The notes beneath the pieces are model-generated. The model had not been told where the DNA came from. It worked only from the letters and a program-made list of their open reading frames with translations, and did not search any database. A stretch of DNA of 64,000 bases from Dehalococcoidia bacterium (GTDB taxonomy: Bacteria; Chloroflexota; Dehalococcoidia; Bin125). Positions within the stretch are counted from its first letter, which is position 1, and each line of letters starts with the position of its first letter. The position numbers and the translations under genes are program-made. The stretch is taken from NCBI GenBank assembly GCA_965209205.1, contig CBDBQC010000003.1:822882-886881 (forward strand), read 5' to 3'. Positions 52,601 to 62,081 of this stretch are shown one piece after another.

Positions 52601-53152
52601 CCCGTCCAGTCCGACGGCGACACGCTGATCGTCCACGACCCCGAGACCCGCCGCGAACGCCTGCGCTTCGACTTTCCGCGTCAGTCCGGCAAGCAACGCC
52701 TCTGCCTGGCCGACTACTTCCGCCCCGTCGGGAGCGGCGAGATGGATGTGGCGGGCTTCCACGTCGTCAGCGTTGGGGCCGGGGCCAGCGACTACGCGGC
52801 GCAGCTCTACGCCGACAACGCCTACCAGGAGTACCTCTACTGGCACGGCTTCGGCGTCGAGATGGCCGAGGCGCTGGCCGAGTACTGGCACGCCCGCGTG
52901 CGCCGCGAGCTGGGCATCGCCGACGGCGACGGCCCGGCCGTGCGCGACCTCTTCGCCGGGCGCTACCGGGGCGCGCGCTTCAGCTTCGGCTACCCGGCCT
53001 GTCCCAACCTCGAGGACCAGGCGAAGCTGTTCACCCTGCTGCGACCGGAGGAGATCGGGGTCACGCTCTCCGACGAGTTCCAGCTCGTGCCCGAGCAATC
53101 GACCAGCGCGATCATCACGGCGCACCCCCAGGCGGCGTACTTCAATGTGTGA
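49688..53152 (+). CDS. metH: Cobalamin-dependent methionine synthase
   Basis: Hcy-binding (GINCATGP, GGCCG), pterin-binding (GERANANGS), B12-binding (GDVHDIGKNLV) and activation (RFSFGYPACP) domains. Confidence 0.96.
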   Translation: MSAPAPSPFGMGLLDTARRRPVIFDSATGTGLQGFRLTPDDFGGLDGCNEYLNVCNPDIVRRLHRLNLEAGIDAVLTNSFGATSVTLAEYDLADRAHEINAAAARLARESADAFSAADGRPRWVAGSMGPGTKLPTLGQIDFDTLSAAYREQARGLLDGGVDVLLVETVYDLLQGKAAIIGAQDAFAEAGREAPILVSVTIETTGQMLVGSEIGAAVTALAPLGIDALGINCATGPELMHEHLRYLSQYSPLPILCQPNAGLPRVENDQAVYDLSPAALRDAHRSFVGEYGVALVGGCCGTTPAHMAAVVEGLRDAVPAPRAPRPEPGVASLFTAVPYDQDASVLIVGERANANGSRRFKRLLEAENFDEMANVVRDQAAEGAHIVDVCVDYVGRDGVPDMARLIGDARGRTTLPIMLDSTEAPVLEAGLKLLGGKPIVNSINLEDGGARLDRTLRAARRYGAAVVALVIDEQGQARTADRKLAIAHRIYDLATREYGLPPEDLFFDALTLPLGSGQEELRNDGRETLDAVRRIKAELPGVHTILGVSNVSFGLNPAARQVLNSVFLHRAVKAGLDAAIVNARQILPEHQIDPAQLAAAGRLIDNEWIDGPDGDPVDPLHAFLPLFSDASVQRDAVDLTEVSLDERLHRRILDGLRDGLTDDLDEALAERPALPVINDTLLPAMQVVGDLFGAGKMQLPFVLQSAETMKAAVAYLEPHMEKSAATGKGKIVLATVRGDVHDIGKNLVEIILGNNGFQTVNLGIKQPIASIIDAADAEGADAIGLSGLLVKSTVVMKEDLQELNRRGLAARYPVLLGGAALTRRYVEQDLRDVYDGAVYYGQDAFEGLEIMNAISRGETPAGQDRTAPAPAPPPPAPAAALPARSAVAADLPPVVPPFWGRRLHKGLSVSEVAAYINEVALFRGQWGFRKGEQSDAEFEASLERDARPALRRLIQEATARGLLEPAVVYGYFPVQSDGDTLIVHDPETRRERLRFDFPRQSGKQRLCLADYFRPVGSGEMDVAGFHVVSVGAGASDYAAQLYADNAYQEYLYWHGFGVEMAEALAEYWHARVRRELGIADGDGPAVRDLFAGRYRGARFSFGYPACPNLEDQAKLFTLLRPEEIGVTLSDEFQLVPEQSTSAIITAHPQAAYFNV

Positions 53153-53300
53153 CCGGGAACACCCGACCGGCAACGCCTGAGCCGGCCGCGCCGCGGCGCC
53201 GGGCCATCGGCTGCGCCGGCTTCATCGACGAAACCGGCGCTCGCGAATACGCTGCCGGGGAACGGGTTCCCCGCGCGGCATCCACGGAGGCGCCTCGTCC

Positions 53301-54752
53301 ATGGCCGAGCCACTCGATCCGCCCCGGCGCACCGGTGAGGGGCTGATCACCCGCTACGTGGTCAAGCCCACGACCGACTTCATGCGGATCGAGGCCGCCG
53401 GCGGCATCGTGCTGGTGCTGGCCGCCATCGCCGCGCTGATCTGGGCGAACGCCTTCGGCGACTCCTACGCCGACTTCTGGCACACCGAGGTCGCGTTCGA
53501 CCTGGGCCTCCTGACCCTCAGCGAGGACCTGCACGGCTGGGTCAACGACGCCCTGATGGCGATCTTCTTCTTCGTCGTGGGGCTGGAGATCAAGCGCGAG
53601 GCCGTGCACGGCGAACTGCGCGACCGTCGCCAGGCGGCGCTGCCGATCTTCGCCGCGCTCGGCGGCATGGTGGTGCCGGCCTCCGTCTACGCGGCCTTCA
53701 ACGCCGGCGGGCCCGGCGGCGCCGGCTGGGGCATCCCCGTCGCGACCGACATCGCCTTCGCCCTGGGCGTCCTCTCGCTGCTCGGCAATCGCGTGCCCAT
53801 CCAGCTCAAGGTCTTCCTGCTCACGCTCGCCGTCGCCGACGACGTGGGCGGCATCCTGATCATCGCCGTCTTCTACGCCGACGACGTCTCGCTGCTCTGG
53901 CTGCTCGGCGCGGCCGGGACGATCGGCGTCATCATCGCCATGCAGCGGCACGGCATCCGCCTCATCCGGGCCTACCTGCCGGTGGGCGTCCTGCTCTGGC
54001 TGTGCATCTTCGAGTCCGGCGTGGAGGCGACGATCGGCGGCGTGATCCTGGGGCTGCTCACGCCCGCCCACGCGCTCGTCCCGCGCGACCGCTTCGGCGC
54101 CTTGATGGCGAGGATGCTCGAGAGCTATCACGGCGCGCTGGGCCGCGGGCCGCTGGAGGCCCCCCGCACCCAGCCCGAGGAACGCCGGCACACCGGCATG
54201 CACCCCGGCGAGTTGGCCGAGGCGTCGATGCGCGAGGACCTCGCCGACGACGTGGTGCACCGCATGGCCGTCCTGGTGCGCGAGACCCAGAGCCCGCTGC
54301 ACCGCGTGGAGAGCGGCGTCGGCCCCTGGAGCGCCTTCGTGGTCGTGCCGATCTTCGCCCTGGCCAACGCCGGCATCGCCCTCACCGGCGAGGCCATCGC
54401 CGACGCCCTGCGCTCCGACGTCGCCTGGGGCGTGGCGCTGGGGCTGCTGGTGGGCAAGCTGGTCGGCGTTCTGCTGTTCACCTACCTGACGGTGCGCCTG
54501 GGCATCTCCCATCTGCCTGCCGGTGTGCGCTGGAGCCACGTGGGGGGTGTGGCGCTGCTCTCGGGCATCGGCTTCACGGTGTCCATCTTCATCGCCACGC
54601 TCTCGTTCGACCACGCGTACCTGGTCGAGGAGGCCAAGATCGGCATCTTCGCCGCGACGATCATCGCCGCCGTGCTGGGCTTCCTGGCGTTGCGTCTGCT
54701 CGCCCCGTCACACAGCGACGAAGTCCTGGACGGCGACATCGACGCGCTCTAG
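53301..54752 (+). CDS. nhaA: Na+/H+ antiporter NhaA
   Basis: WVNDALMAIFFFVVGLEIKRE, GWGIPVATDIAF, LAVADD and LSGIGFTVSIFI motifs. Confidence 0.95.
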   Translation: MAEPLDPPRRTGEGLITRYVVKPTTDFMRIEAAGGIVLVLAAIAALIWANAFGDSYADFWHTEVAFDLGLLTLSEDLHGWVNDALMAIFFFVVGLEIKREAVHGELRDRRQAALPIFAALGGMVVPASVYAAFNAGGPGGAGWGIPVATDIAFALGVLSLLGNRVPIQLKVFLLTLAVADDVGGILIIAVFYADDVSLLWLLGAAGTIGVIIAMQRHGIRLIRAYLPVGVLLWLCIFESGVEATIGGVILGLLTPAHALVPRDRFGALMARMLESYHGALGRGPLEAPRTQPEERRHTGMHPGELAEASMREDLADDVVHRMAVLVRETQSPLHRVESGVGPWSAFVVVPIFALANAGIALTGEAIADALRSDVAWGVALGLLVGKLVGVLLFTYLTVRLGISHLPAGVRWSHVGGVALLSGIGFTVSIFIATLSFDHAYLVEEAKIGIFAATIIAAVLGFLALRLLAPSHSDEVLDGDIDAL

Positions 54753-54867
54753 CCGCCCGCGTCCGGTGTGGGAGCGGCCGGCGGCGCGCGCGGGTAGCGT
54801 CCCCGACGGTGACTCGGTATCTTGCACGGGGCGCCGCACCGGGCGTCCTTGAGGCGAGGGGGGTCGA

Positions 54868-55734
54868 GTGCAGGAACTGCAATACGCGAGAGTCAACACG
54901 GTCGACGCGGCCGTCGCCGCGCTCCAGGAGGGCGGCCCCACGGCGCGCGTGCTGGCCGGCGGCACGGACGTCATCGTGCAGGCGCGCGCCCGCGTGCGCG
55001 ACATCGACCTGCTGATCGACGTCAAGGGCATCGACGAGGTCATGCAACTGACGTTCGACGCCGACGGCGGCCTGACCGTCGGCGCGGCCACGCCCTGCTA
55101 CCAGATCTACGGCGACGCCGCCGTGCGCGCGCACTACCCCGCCCTGATCGACTGCAGCACGCTGATCGGCGGCACGGGCATTCAGGGCCGCGCCAGCCTG
55201 GGCGGGAACCTGTGCAACTCCTCCCCCTCGGGCGACTCGCTGCCGGTGATGTACGTGCTGGAGGCCACGGCCGAGATCGCCGGGCCCGGCGGACGCCGCA
55301 CGGTGCCGGCGGAGGACTTCTGCACGGGCCCCGGGCGCAACGTCCTGCAGCCCGGCGAGTTCCTCGTGTCGCTGCACTTCCCGCCGCCGGCGCCCCACAG
55401 CGGGGCGGCCTTCCTGCGCTTCATCCCGCGCAACGAGATGGACATCGCGGTCGTCAACGCGGCCACGCAGCTGCGCTTCGACGGCGACACGGTCTCGTGG
55501 GCGCGGGTCTCGATCGGCGCGACGGCGCCCACGCCGCTGCTGGTCCCCGAGGCGGCCGCCGCGCTCGTCGGCCGGCCGCTCAGCGACGAGACGATCGCCG
55601 CCGCCGCCGCCGCCTCGAAGGCGGCCGCCCGCCCCATCGCCGACATGCGCGGGTCCATCAAGCAACGCAAGCATCTGGCCGCCGTCTACACGCAGCGCAC
55701 GATCGCCATCGCCGCCGATCGCGCGGGCGGTTAG
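54868..55734 (+). CDS. Xanthine dehydrogenase family FAD-binding subunit (CoxM-like)
   Basis: LAGGTD, IQGRASLGGNLCNSSPSGD and ADMRGS motifs. Confidence 0.92.
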   Translation: MQELQYARVNTVDAAVAALQEGGPTARVLAGGTDVIVQARARVRDIDLLIDVKGIDEVMQLTFDADGGLTVGAATPCYQIYGDAAVRAHYPALIDCSTLIGGTGIQGRASLGGNLCNSSPSGDSLPVMYVLEATAEIAGPGGRRTVPAEDFCTGPGRNVLQPGEFLVSLHFPPPAPHSGAAFLRFIPRNEMDIAVVNAATQLRFDGDTVSWARVSIGATAPTPLLVPEAAAALVGRPLSDETIAAAAAASKAAARPIADMRGSIKQRKHLAAVYTQRTIAIAADRAGG

Positions 55735-55780
55735 GCGCCGGCCCGCCGCAGCACCACCCACCCGCAGGAAGGCGGACATC

Positions 55781-56254
55781 GTGAGCGACAAGATCATCGT
55801 CAGCGCGACCATCAACGACGAGCCCACCGACATGCTCGTCTCGCAGCGCGACAGCCTGCTCGAGGCGCTGCGCGCCGCGGCCGGCGTGCTCGGCGTCAAG
55901 GAAGGCTGCAACGACGGCAACTGCGGCGCCTGCTCGGTCATGCTCGACGGCCGGCTGGTGAACTCCTGCCTCGTCATGGCCGCCGAGGTCGAGGGCTCCG
56001 AGGTCACCACCGTCGAGGGCATCGCCGACGCCGGCCACCTGCACCCCCTGCAGCAGGCCTTCCTCGAGGAGGCCGCCCTACAGTGCGGCATCTGTACGCC
56101 CGGCTTCCTCGTCGCCGCCAAGGCCCTGCTCGACGAGAACCCCAGCCCCAGCGAGCACGAGATCCGCTACTGGCTGGCGGGCAACCTCTGCCGCTGCACC
56201 GGCTACGACAAGATCGTCCGCGCCGTGCAGGAGGCCGCCGCCGGCGCCACCTAG
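55781..56254 (+). CDS. Xanthine dehydrogenase family 2Fe-2S subunit (CoxS-like)
   Basis: [14 protein letters not shown] and QCGICTPG...GNLCRCTGY motifs. Confidence 0.94.
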   Translation: MSDKIIVSATINDEPTDMLVSQRDSLLEALRAAAGVLGVKEGCNDGNCGACSVMLDGRLVNSCLVMAAEVEGSEVTTVEGIADAGHLHPLQQAFLEEAALQCGICTPGFLVAAKALLDENPSPSEHEIRYWLAGNLCRCTGYDKIVRAVQEAAAGAT

Positions 56255-56320
56255 ACTCCCCCCAGCGACCCAGCAGCGTCGAGCGACGGACTCGCGCAGC
56301 ATTCGAACGGAAGGCACGTC

Positions 56321-58585
56321 ATGGTCACCACAGAGAAGCCCGCCTACAAGGTCGTCGGCACGCGCCCCATCCGGCACGACGGCGTGGACAAGGTCATCGG
56401 CCGGGCCGAGTACGGCGCCGACGTGCGCCTGCCCGGCATGCTGCAAGGGGCCGTCCTGCGCAGCCCGCACGCCCACGCCCGCATCCTCGGCATCGACACC
56501 AGCCGCGCCGAGGCCCATCCGGGCGTGCGCGCCGTCGTCACCAACGCCGACATCCCGTCCGGCGAGAGTGACGGTTCGGAGGGCGAAGTCGGGCGCGCCG
56601 ACAACGTGCTCGCGCGTGACCGCGTGCTCTACGTGGGCCACGCCGTCGCCGCCGTGGCCGCCGTCGATCTGCACACCGCGGAGGACGCGCTGGACCTGAT
56701 CGACGTCCAGTACGAGGTTCTGCCGCACGTCATGGACGTCCGCGACGCGATGCTCGACGGGGCGCCGATCCTCGACGAGACGCGCCGCACCGCCGAGCCG
56801 GACGGCTCGACGGGCGACAAGCCCACGAACGTGGCGCAGCACATCCGCTACGAGATGGGCGACGTCGAGGCCGGCTTCGCCGCCGCCGATGTCGTCATCG
56901 AGCGCGAGTACGGGACGACGATGGCCCACCAGGGCTACATCGAGCCGCACAACTCCACGGCCTACTGGAACAAGGACGACGAGGTCACGATCTGGACCAG
57001 CACGCAGGGCCTGTTCGCCGTGCGCGACAGCGTCGCCGGGATGCTGCAACTGCCCGTCAAGAGCGTGAAGGTCGAACCGGTTGAGATCGGCGGCGGCTTC
57101 GGCGGCAAGATCCCCGACTATCTCTCGCCCCCGGCCGCGCTGCTGTCGCGCAAGACCGGCAAGCCGGTCCAGCTCACGATGTCGCGCAAGGACGTCCTCG
57201 AGGCCACCGGCCCCACGTCGGGCACGTACCTGCGCGTCAAGATCGGCGCCAAGGGCGACGGCACGTTCACCGCGCTGCAAGCCTGGATGGCCTACGAGGC
57301 CGGGGCCTACCCGGGCTCGCCCATGGGCGCGGGCACGATGTGCGTCTTCGCGCCGTACGACTGCGAGAACCAGTTGATCGACGGCTACGACGTGGTCCTC
57401 AACAAGCCGAAGACCGCCGCCTACCGCGCCCCCGGCGCGCCCGCCTCCGAGTACGCCGCCGAGTGCGTCATCGACGAGATCGCCGAGGCGCTCGATCGCG
57501 ACCCGCTGGAACTGCGAATGCAGAACTCCGCCAAGGAGGGCACGAGCCGCGCCGACGGCTTCACCTACGGGCCCGTCGGCCACGAGGAGTGCCTGCAGGC
57601 GGCCCAGTCGAGCCCGCACTACCAGTCGGAGCTCAGCGGTGAGAACCGCGGCCGCGGCGTGGCGTCGGGCTTCTGGTTCAACATCGGCTTCGAGACCAGC
57701 ATGGCCGCGCAGGTCCAGGCCGACGGCACCGTGCCGTTGGTCATGGGCGCCGTCGACATCGGCGGCAGCCGCGCCTCCGCCGCGATGCAGCTGGCCGAAG
57801 CGCTGGGCATCGCCGCCGAGGACGTCAAGCCGCACATCGTCGACACCGACTCGGTCGGCTTCACCTTCCTCACCGGCGGCAGCCGCACCGCCTTCGCCAA
57901 CGGCTGGGCCGCCTACGAGTGCGCGATGGACATCCGCCGCCAGCTCGAGGAGCGCGCCGCGACGATCTGGGACTGCGCCCGCGAGGACGTGAGCTACGGC
58001 GACGACGGGGTCATCCGCGGCCCCAACGACGAGGACGGCGCCGCCCAGCAGTTCAGCTTCCAGGAGCTGGCGGCCGAGCTGCCCAACACCGGAAGCGGCA
58101 TCGTGGGCCGGGCCGACGTCTCGAAGACCAGCCACGGCCCCGCCTTCGCGACGCACATCGTCGATGTCGAGGTGGACCCCGAGACCGGCAAGGTCGACAT
58201 CCTGCGCTACACCGCGATCCAGGACGCCGGCACCGCCATCCACCCCTCCTACGTCGAGGGGCAGATGCAGGGCGGCGCGTCGCAGGGCATCGGCATGGCG
58301 CTCAACGAGGAGTACATCTGGGACGAGAAGGGCCGTATGGTCAATTCGAGCCTGCTCGACTACCGCATGCCCACCGCGCTCGACCTGCCCATGCTCGACA
58401 CGATCATCGTCGAGGTGCCCAACCCCGGGCACCCCTACGGCGTGCGGGGCGTGGGCGAGGTGCCCATCATCCCGCCCGCGCCGGCGCTGCACGCCGCGAT
58501 CTACAACGCCATCGGCGAGCGCATGCGCGTGCTGCCCATGTCGCCGACGCGCATCCTGGAGCGCACGCTGCCGGACGACGATTAG
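56321..58585 (+). CDS. Xanthine dehydrogenase family molybdopterin subunit (not a canonical CO dehydrogenase)
   Basis: [31 protein letters not shown] and GVGE motifs; active-site loop reads AYRAPG. Confidence 0.92.
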   Translation: MVTTEKPAYKVVGTRPIRHDGVDKVIGRAEYGADVRLPGMLQGAVLRSPHAHARILGIDTSRAEAHPGVRAVVTNADIPSGESDGSEGEVGRADNVLARDRVLYVGHAVAAVAAVDLHTAEDALDLIDVQYEVLPHVMDVRDAMLDGAPILDETRRTAEPDGSTGDKPTNVAQHIRYEMGDVEAGFAAADVVIEREYGTTMAHQGYIEPHNSTAYWNKDDEVTIWTSTQGLFAVRDSVAGMLQLPVKSVKVEPVEIGGGFGGKIPDYLSPPAALLSRKTGKPVQLTMSRKDVLEATGPTSGTYLRVKIGAKGDGTFTALQAWMAYEAGAYPGSPMGAGTMCVFAPYDCENQLIDGYDVVLNKPKTAAYRAPGAPASEYAAECVIDEIAEALDRDPLELRMQNSAKEGTSRADGFTYGPVGHEECLQAAQSSPHYQSELSGENRGRGVASGFWFNIGFETSMAAQVQADGTVPLVMGAVDIGGSRASAAMQLAEALGIAAEDVKPHIVDTDSVGFTFLTGGSRTAFANGWAAYECAMDIRRQLEERAATIWDCAREDVSYGDDGVIRGPNDEDGAAQQFSFQELAAELPNTGSGIVGRADVSKTSHGPAFATHIVDVEVDPETGKVDILRYTAIQDAGTAIHPSYVEGQMQGGASQGIGMALNEEYIWDEKGRMVNSSLLDYRMPTALDLPMLDTIIVEVPNPGHPYGVRGVGEVPIIPPAPALHAAIYNAIGERMRVLPMSPTRILERTLPDDD

Positions 58586-58627
58586 CGTCCCGGCGGCGGC
58601 GTCCCGGGGAACGAGGGGAGCGGCGCC

Positions 58628-58912
58628 GTGGCCGTCGTCATCGTGCCGCCGCTGCTGCGCCCGCTGACCGGCGACGCCGACCGCATCAAGGTCGAGGGCG
58701 CCACGCTGCGCCGCGTGATCAACGAGCTCGAGGCGCGCCACCCGGGCGTCAAGGCGCGCCTCGTGCAGGGCAACAAGATCCGGCCCGAGATCTCCATCGC
58801 GGTCAACGGCGGCATCGTCGCGGCGGGCCTCGTGGAGCCGATCGCCGAGAACGACGAGATCGTCATCATCCCGGCGATCTCCGGCGGTGCGGCCCCGCCC
58901 GGCCCCCTCTGA
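58628..58912 (+). CDS. MoaD/ThiS-family ubiquitin-like sulfur carrier with a C-terminal extension
   Basis: Beta-grasp pattern; IAVNG...IIPAISGG followed by AAPPGPL-stop. Confidence 0.85.
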   Translation: MAVVIVPPLLRPLTGDADRIKVEGATLRRVINELEARHPGVKARLVQGNKIRPEISIAVNGGIVAAGLVEPIAENDEIVIIPAISGGAAPPGPL

Positions 58913-58925
58913 GTCCGGCGCCCCG

Positions 58926-59723
58926 ATGCCCACGCTCACGCGCGACGCCAGCGTGCGCATCCCCTACACGGTCGAGGGCGACGGACCGGCGATCGTCCTG
59001 ATCAACGGCGCGACGCTGCCGCTCGCCTTCTGGGATCCCGTCGCCGCGCGGCTGGCGTCGCGGGCGCGGATCATCCGTTTCGACCAGCGCAACGCCGGCG
59101 CCAGCGACTTCGCCGGCAGCTTCTCCCTGCTCGACGTCGCCGCCGACGTGGATGCCCTGCTGCAAGCGCTCGACATCGAGCGAGCGGTCGTCGCCGGGCA
59201 CGCCTGGGGTGGCCGCGTGGCCCAGGTCTTCGCCCGCGACTACCCGCACCGGCTGCGCGGCCTCGTGCTCTGCGGCACGGGCGGCCAACTCCCGCCCGAT
59301 ATCGACCCGGCCTGGCTGCGCGAGATGGCCGCGGCCCGCAAGGCGTCCGATCGGGCGGCCTGGGATGACCGCATGACGCGCCTCTACTGCGCGGCCGGCT
59401 ACCCCCAGCGCGACCCCGACGGCTTCCGGGCCACCGGCGACGTGATCTGGAACGCGCCGCGCGTGCGGGCCGCCCGGCCCGACATGCGCATCGCGCCCAG
59501 CCCCAGCTACTGGGGTCGCGCGACGGCGCCGGCGCTGCTGATCTACGCCGAGGAGGACCGCTTCGGCACGCCCGCCAACGCCCGCGATCTGCACGCCCGG
59601 CTGCCGGGCGCACAACTGGAGATGCTGCCCCAGGCGGGCCACCTTCTGGTACGCGAGCAGCCGGACCGCGTCGCGGCGCTGATCGCCGCCTTCGTCGACG
59701 CCCTGCCGCCCCTCGGCGATTAG
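58926..59723 (+). CDS. Alpha/beta fold hydrolase
   Basis: FDQRNAG, GHAWGG and AGH motifs (Ala at the usual nucleophile position). Confidence 0.85.
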   Translation: MPTLTRDASVRIPYTVEGDGPAIVLINGATLPLAFWDPVAARLASRARIIRFDQRNAGASDFAGSFSLLDVAADVDALLQALDIERAVVAGHAWGGRVAQVFARDYPHRLRGLVLCGTGGQLPPDIDPAWLREMAAARKASDRAAWDDRMTRLYCAAGYPQRDPDGFRATGDVIWNAPRVRAARPDMRIAPSPSYWGRATAPALLIYAEEDRFGTPANARDLHARLPGAQLEMLPQAGHLLVREQPDRVAALIAAFVDALPPLGD

Positions 59724-61042
59724 ACCCCCGAGGGCGGCGCCTCGTCGGGGCCGGGCGCCGTCAGCAGCGCGATGCTGGCCGTGAAGCCGTGCAGGTAGTT
59801 GCTGCCGCCCACGGGCCCGATCTCGCCGTTGCAGAACAGCCCCGCCGTGGGGATCGGCCCCAGCGCCTCGGCGACCGCCGCCGCGTCGTGGTGCGGCGTG
59901 CCGAACAGCCCCTGGCCGCGCCCGTTGCAGGCGCACAGCACCGACCCCAGCACGACCTCCCCCTCGTCGATCGCGGCCCGCGCGGCGGCCAGGTGCGCGC
60001 GCAGGTCGTCGTCGGCCGCGCCGGCGTCGCGGAACTGGAACTGGAACGTCTGGCCCACGCGGGGTACGGCGCTGATCGCGATCGCGCCCGCGTTGCGGTC
60101 GACGCCCACGATGTTGCGGATCAGGAAGTCGCCGCGGCCGTGCTGCTCCTGGTACTCGTTCATCGCCAGCCCCACGAGCAGGTTGTAGCCCACCCGCTCG
60201 CGCGTGGCGTCGTCCAGCTCGGCCAGCATCTCCTTGAGCACGTCCAGCGCCGGCCGCGATCCGATCGACTGCACCAGGTTGCGCTCGCAGGCGGTGATCG
60301 TCAGCGGGCGGCCCAGCGGCTCGGCCCCCTGCGCCACGATGGGGCGCACGCGCAGTCCCTTGACGCCCAGCAGCACCGCCCCCTCGTCGTAGGCCTTCCC
60401 GTCGAGGAAGAGCGCCGTGCCGAGGTCGCGGTTGTGCGCCGATGCCATCCCGCCCAGCAGCACGATGTCGGACAGCCGCCCCTGCAAACCCCGCACGAGG
60501 TTGTCGGTGTTGAGGCTGAACGGGTCCGAGAAGATCAGCCAGGTGTCCGCGCCCGCCGCCGGGAGCACGGCCAAGTCCTCCTCCTTCGTGACGCCGGGGA
60601 TGACGGCGATCGGCGTGAACTCCGCCTCGGGCATCGCCAGTGTCAGCACCGACAGCGCCGCCCCGTCCTCGGCCTCCACGCCGCTGCCGATGACGCTCTG
60701 GCCCGTGCAGCCGATGATGTGCCGCGCCTGCAGGCCCTCCTGCAGCCGGCGGCTGAGCGCGCCGTGGTGGCCGAACAGCGAGTCGGCGAAGACGATCGCC
60801 AAGTCGACGGGCCCCTGCCCGCCCAGCTCCTCGATGATCGCCGCGGCGGCCTCTTCCCAGGTGTCGCCGCCGCGCAGCGCCGCGCGGGCCCGGGCCGCGC
60901 CGGCGGTCACGCTGGCCGAGGCCGCCAGCGGCGCGTCCTCCTCCATCAGATCCAGCGGTTCGAGATCGATCTCGGCCGGGTCGACGGCCGTGGGCGGCTG
61001 GGGCGGGACATCGCGGGTCTGGGTGGGTTCAGGGTCGGGCAT
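59720..61042 (-). CDS. FIST-domain (FIST_N/FIST_C) protein
   Basis: IIGCTG, IFSDPF, GGMAS, VAQG..P.G, DFLIRN and CNGRG...GLFCNGEIGP motifs. Confidence 0.92.
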   Translation of the reverse strand: MPDPEPTQTRDVPPQPPTAVDPAEIDLEPLDLMEEDAPLAASASVTAGAARARAALRGGDTWEEAAAAIIEELGGQGPVDLAIVFADSLFGHHGALSRRLQEGLQARHIIGCTGQSVIGSGVEAEDGAALSVLTLAMPEAEFTPIAVIPGVTKEEDLAVLPAAGADTWLIFSDPFSLNTDNLVRGLQGRLSDIVLLGGMASAHNRDLGTALFLDGKAYDEGAVLLGVKGLRVRPIVAQGAEPLGRPLTITACERNLVQSIGSRPALDVLKEMLAELDDATRERVGYNLLVGLAMNEYQEQHGRGDFLIRNIVGVDRNAGAIAISAVPRVGQTFQFQFRDAGAADDDLRAHLAAARAAIDEGEVVLGSVLCACNGRGQGLFGTPHHDAAAVAEALGPIPTAGLFCNGEIGPVGGSNYLHGFTASIALLTAPGPDEAPPSGV

Positions 61043-61149
61043 GGCGCTCCTCCTGGTGCTGGCGGGCTGCTCCCGGCGAGTGTAGCGACGCGCGCGCCCT
61101 GCGGGTCGCGGGCGCGGCGCGACGCCGGGCCGGTCCCTACGATGGCGTC

Positions 61150-62070
61150 GTGCCAGGCAACACCAGCGTCCCCGGCCCCGACGCCCTGCGCCCGATCGAG
61201 CAGGCGGCCGTCGCGATCGCCCGCGAGGGCGGCGCGCTCATCCTGGACCGCTTCCGCTCCACGCTCAACGTCGAGTTCAAGGGTGGGCACAAGGACGACC
61301 CCGTCACCGAGGTCGACCGCGCCGTCGAGGCGCAGGTGCTGGAGCGCGTCAAACGCGACTTCCCCGACCACGCCGTGCTGGGCGAGGAGGGCACCAGCCA
61401 CGGCCCCGCCGGCGCCGACTTCGTCTGGGCCATCGACCCGCTGGACGGCACGACCAACTTCATCAACGGCCTGGGCATCTTCTGTTGCTCCATCGGCGTG
61501 CTCTGGCGCGGCATGCCGGTCGTCGGCGCCGTGTTCCTGCCCGGGGGCCGCCACGCCGCGGCGGGCGTGTACCACTCGCGCCGGGGCGGCGGCGCGTTCT
61601 TCGAGGATGAGGCGTTCCGCTTCGAGGTCACGGGCCTGCCCGTGGGCTCGCGGGTGACGTCGATGCCGGCCGGCCTGACCGGCGTCGATGGTCGCAGCGG
61701 GCGGCATCAGTTCGGCACTGCGCGCACGCTGGGCAGCGCCGCCGCCGAGCTCGTCCTCACGGCCGAGGGCACGTTCCAGGTGGGCGTCTTCCACAGCCTG
61801 CGCATCTGGGACGTCGCGGCCGGCGCGGCGCTCTGCCGCGAGGCCGGCGCCGATGTCTGGACGCGGCCCAACCGCGGCGGCCCCTGGCGCCCGCTCGAGC
61901 ACCTCCGCGGCGCATCCGATCGCGCGCCGGGCCTCGACGAGCTGCGCGGCTGGAACGACTGGCTGGCGGCCGGCGAGCCGGGCCTGCTGCCGCATCTGCC
62001 GCGCGACCTGCAGCGCGCGCAGTCGCCGCTGGCCGTCGCGCGGCGGATGATCTTCGGCAAGGACGACTGA
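61150..62070 (+). CDS. Inositol monophosphatase family protein
   Basis: DPVTEVD, LGEEG, WAIDPLDGTTNF, GSAA and WDVAAG motifs. Confidence 0.92.
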   Translation: MPGNTSVPGPDALRPIEQAAVAIAREGGALILDRFRSTLNVEFKGGHKDDPVTEVDRAVEAQVLERVKRDFPDHAVLGEEGTSHGPAGADFVWAIDPLDGTTNFINGLGIFCCSIGVLWRGMPVVGAVFLPGGRHAAAGVYHSRRGGGAFFEDEAFRFEVTGLPVGSRVTSMPAGLTGVDGRSGRHQFGTARTLGSAAAELVLTAEGTFQVGVFHSLRIWDVAAGAALCREAGADVWTRPNRGGPWRPLEHLRGASDRAPGLDELRGWNDWLAAGEPGLLPHLPRDLQRAQSPLAVARRMIFGKDD

Positions 62071-62081
62071 GCCGGCGTCCC

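Noticed and set aside
53264-53280. GTTCCCCGCGC resembling the start of a type I-E CRISPR repeat (similar at 3478 and 31023)
   Set aside because: Only a partial match, isolated, with no repeat-spacer periodicity.
56321-58585. Aerobic CO dehydrogenase (coxL)
   Set aside because: The loop is AYRAPG, not AYXCSFR, and no coxDEFG accessory genes are present.
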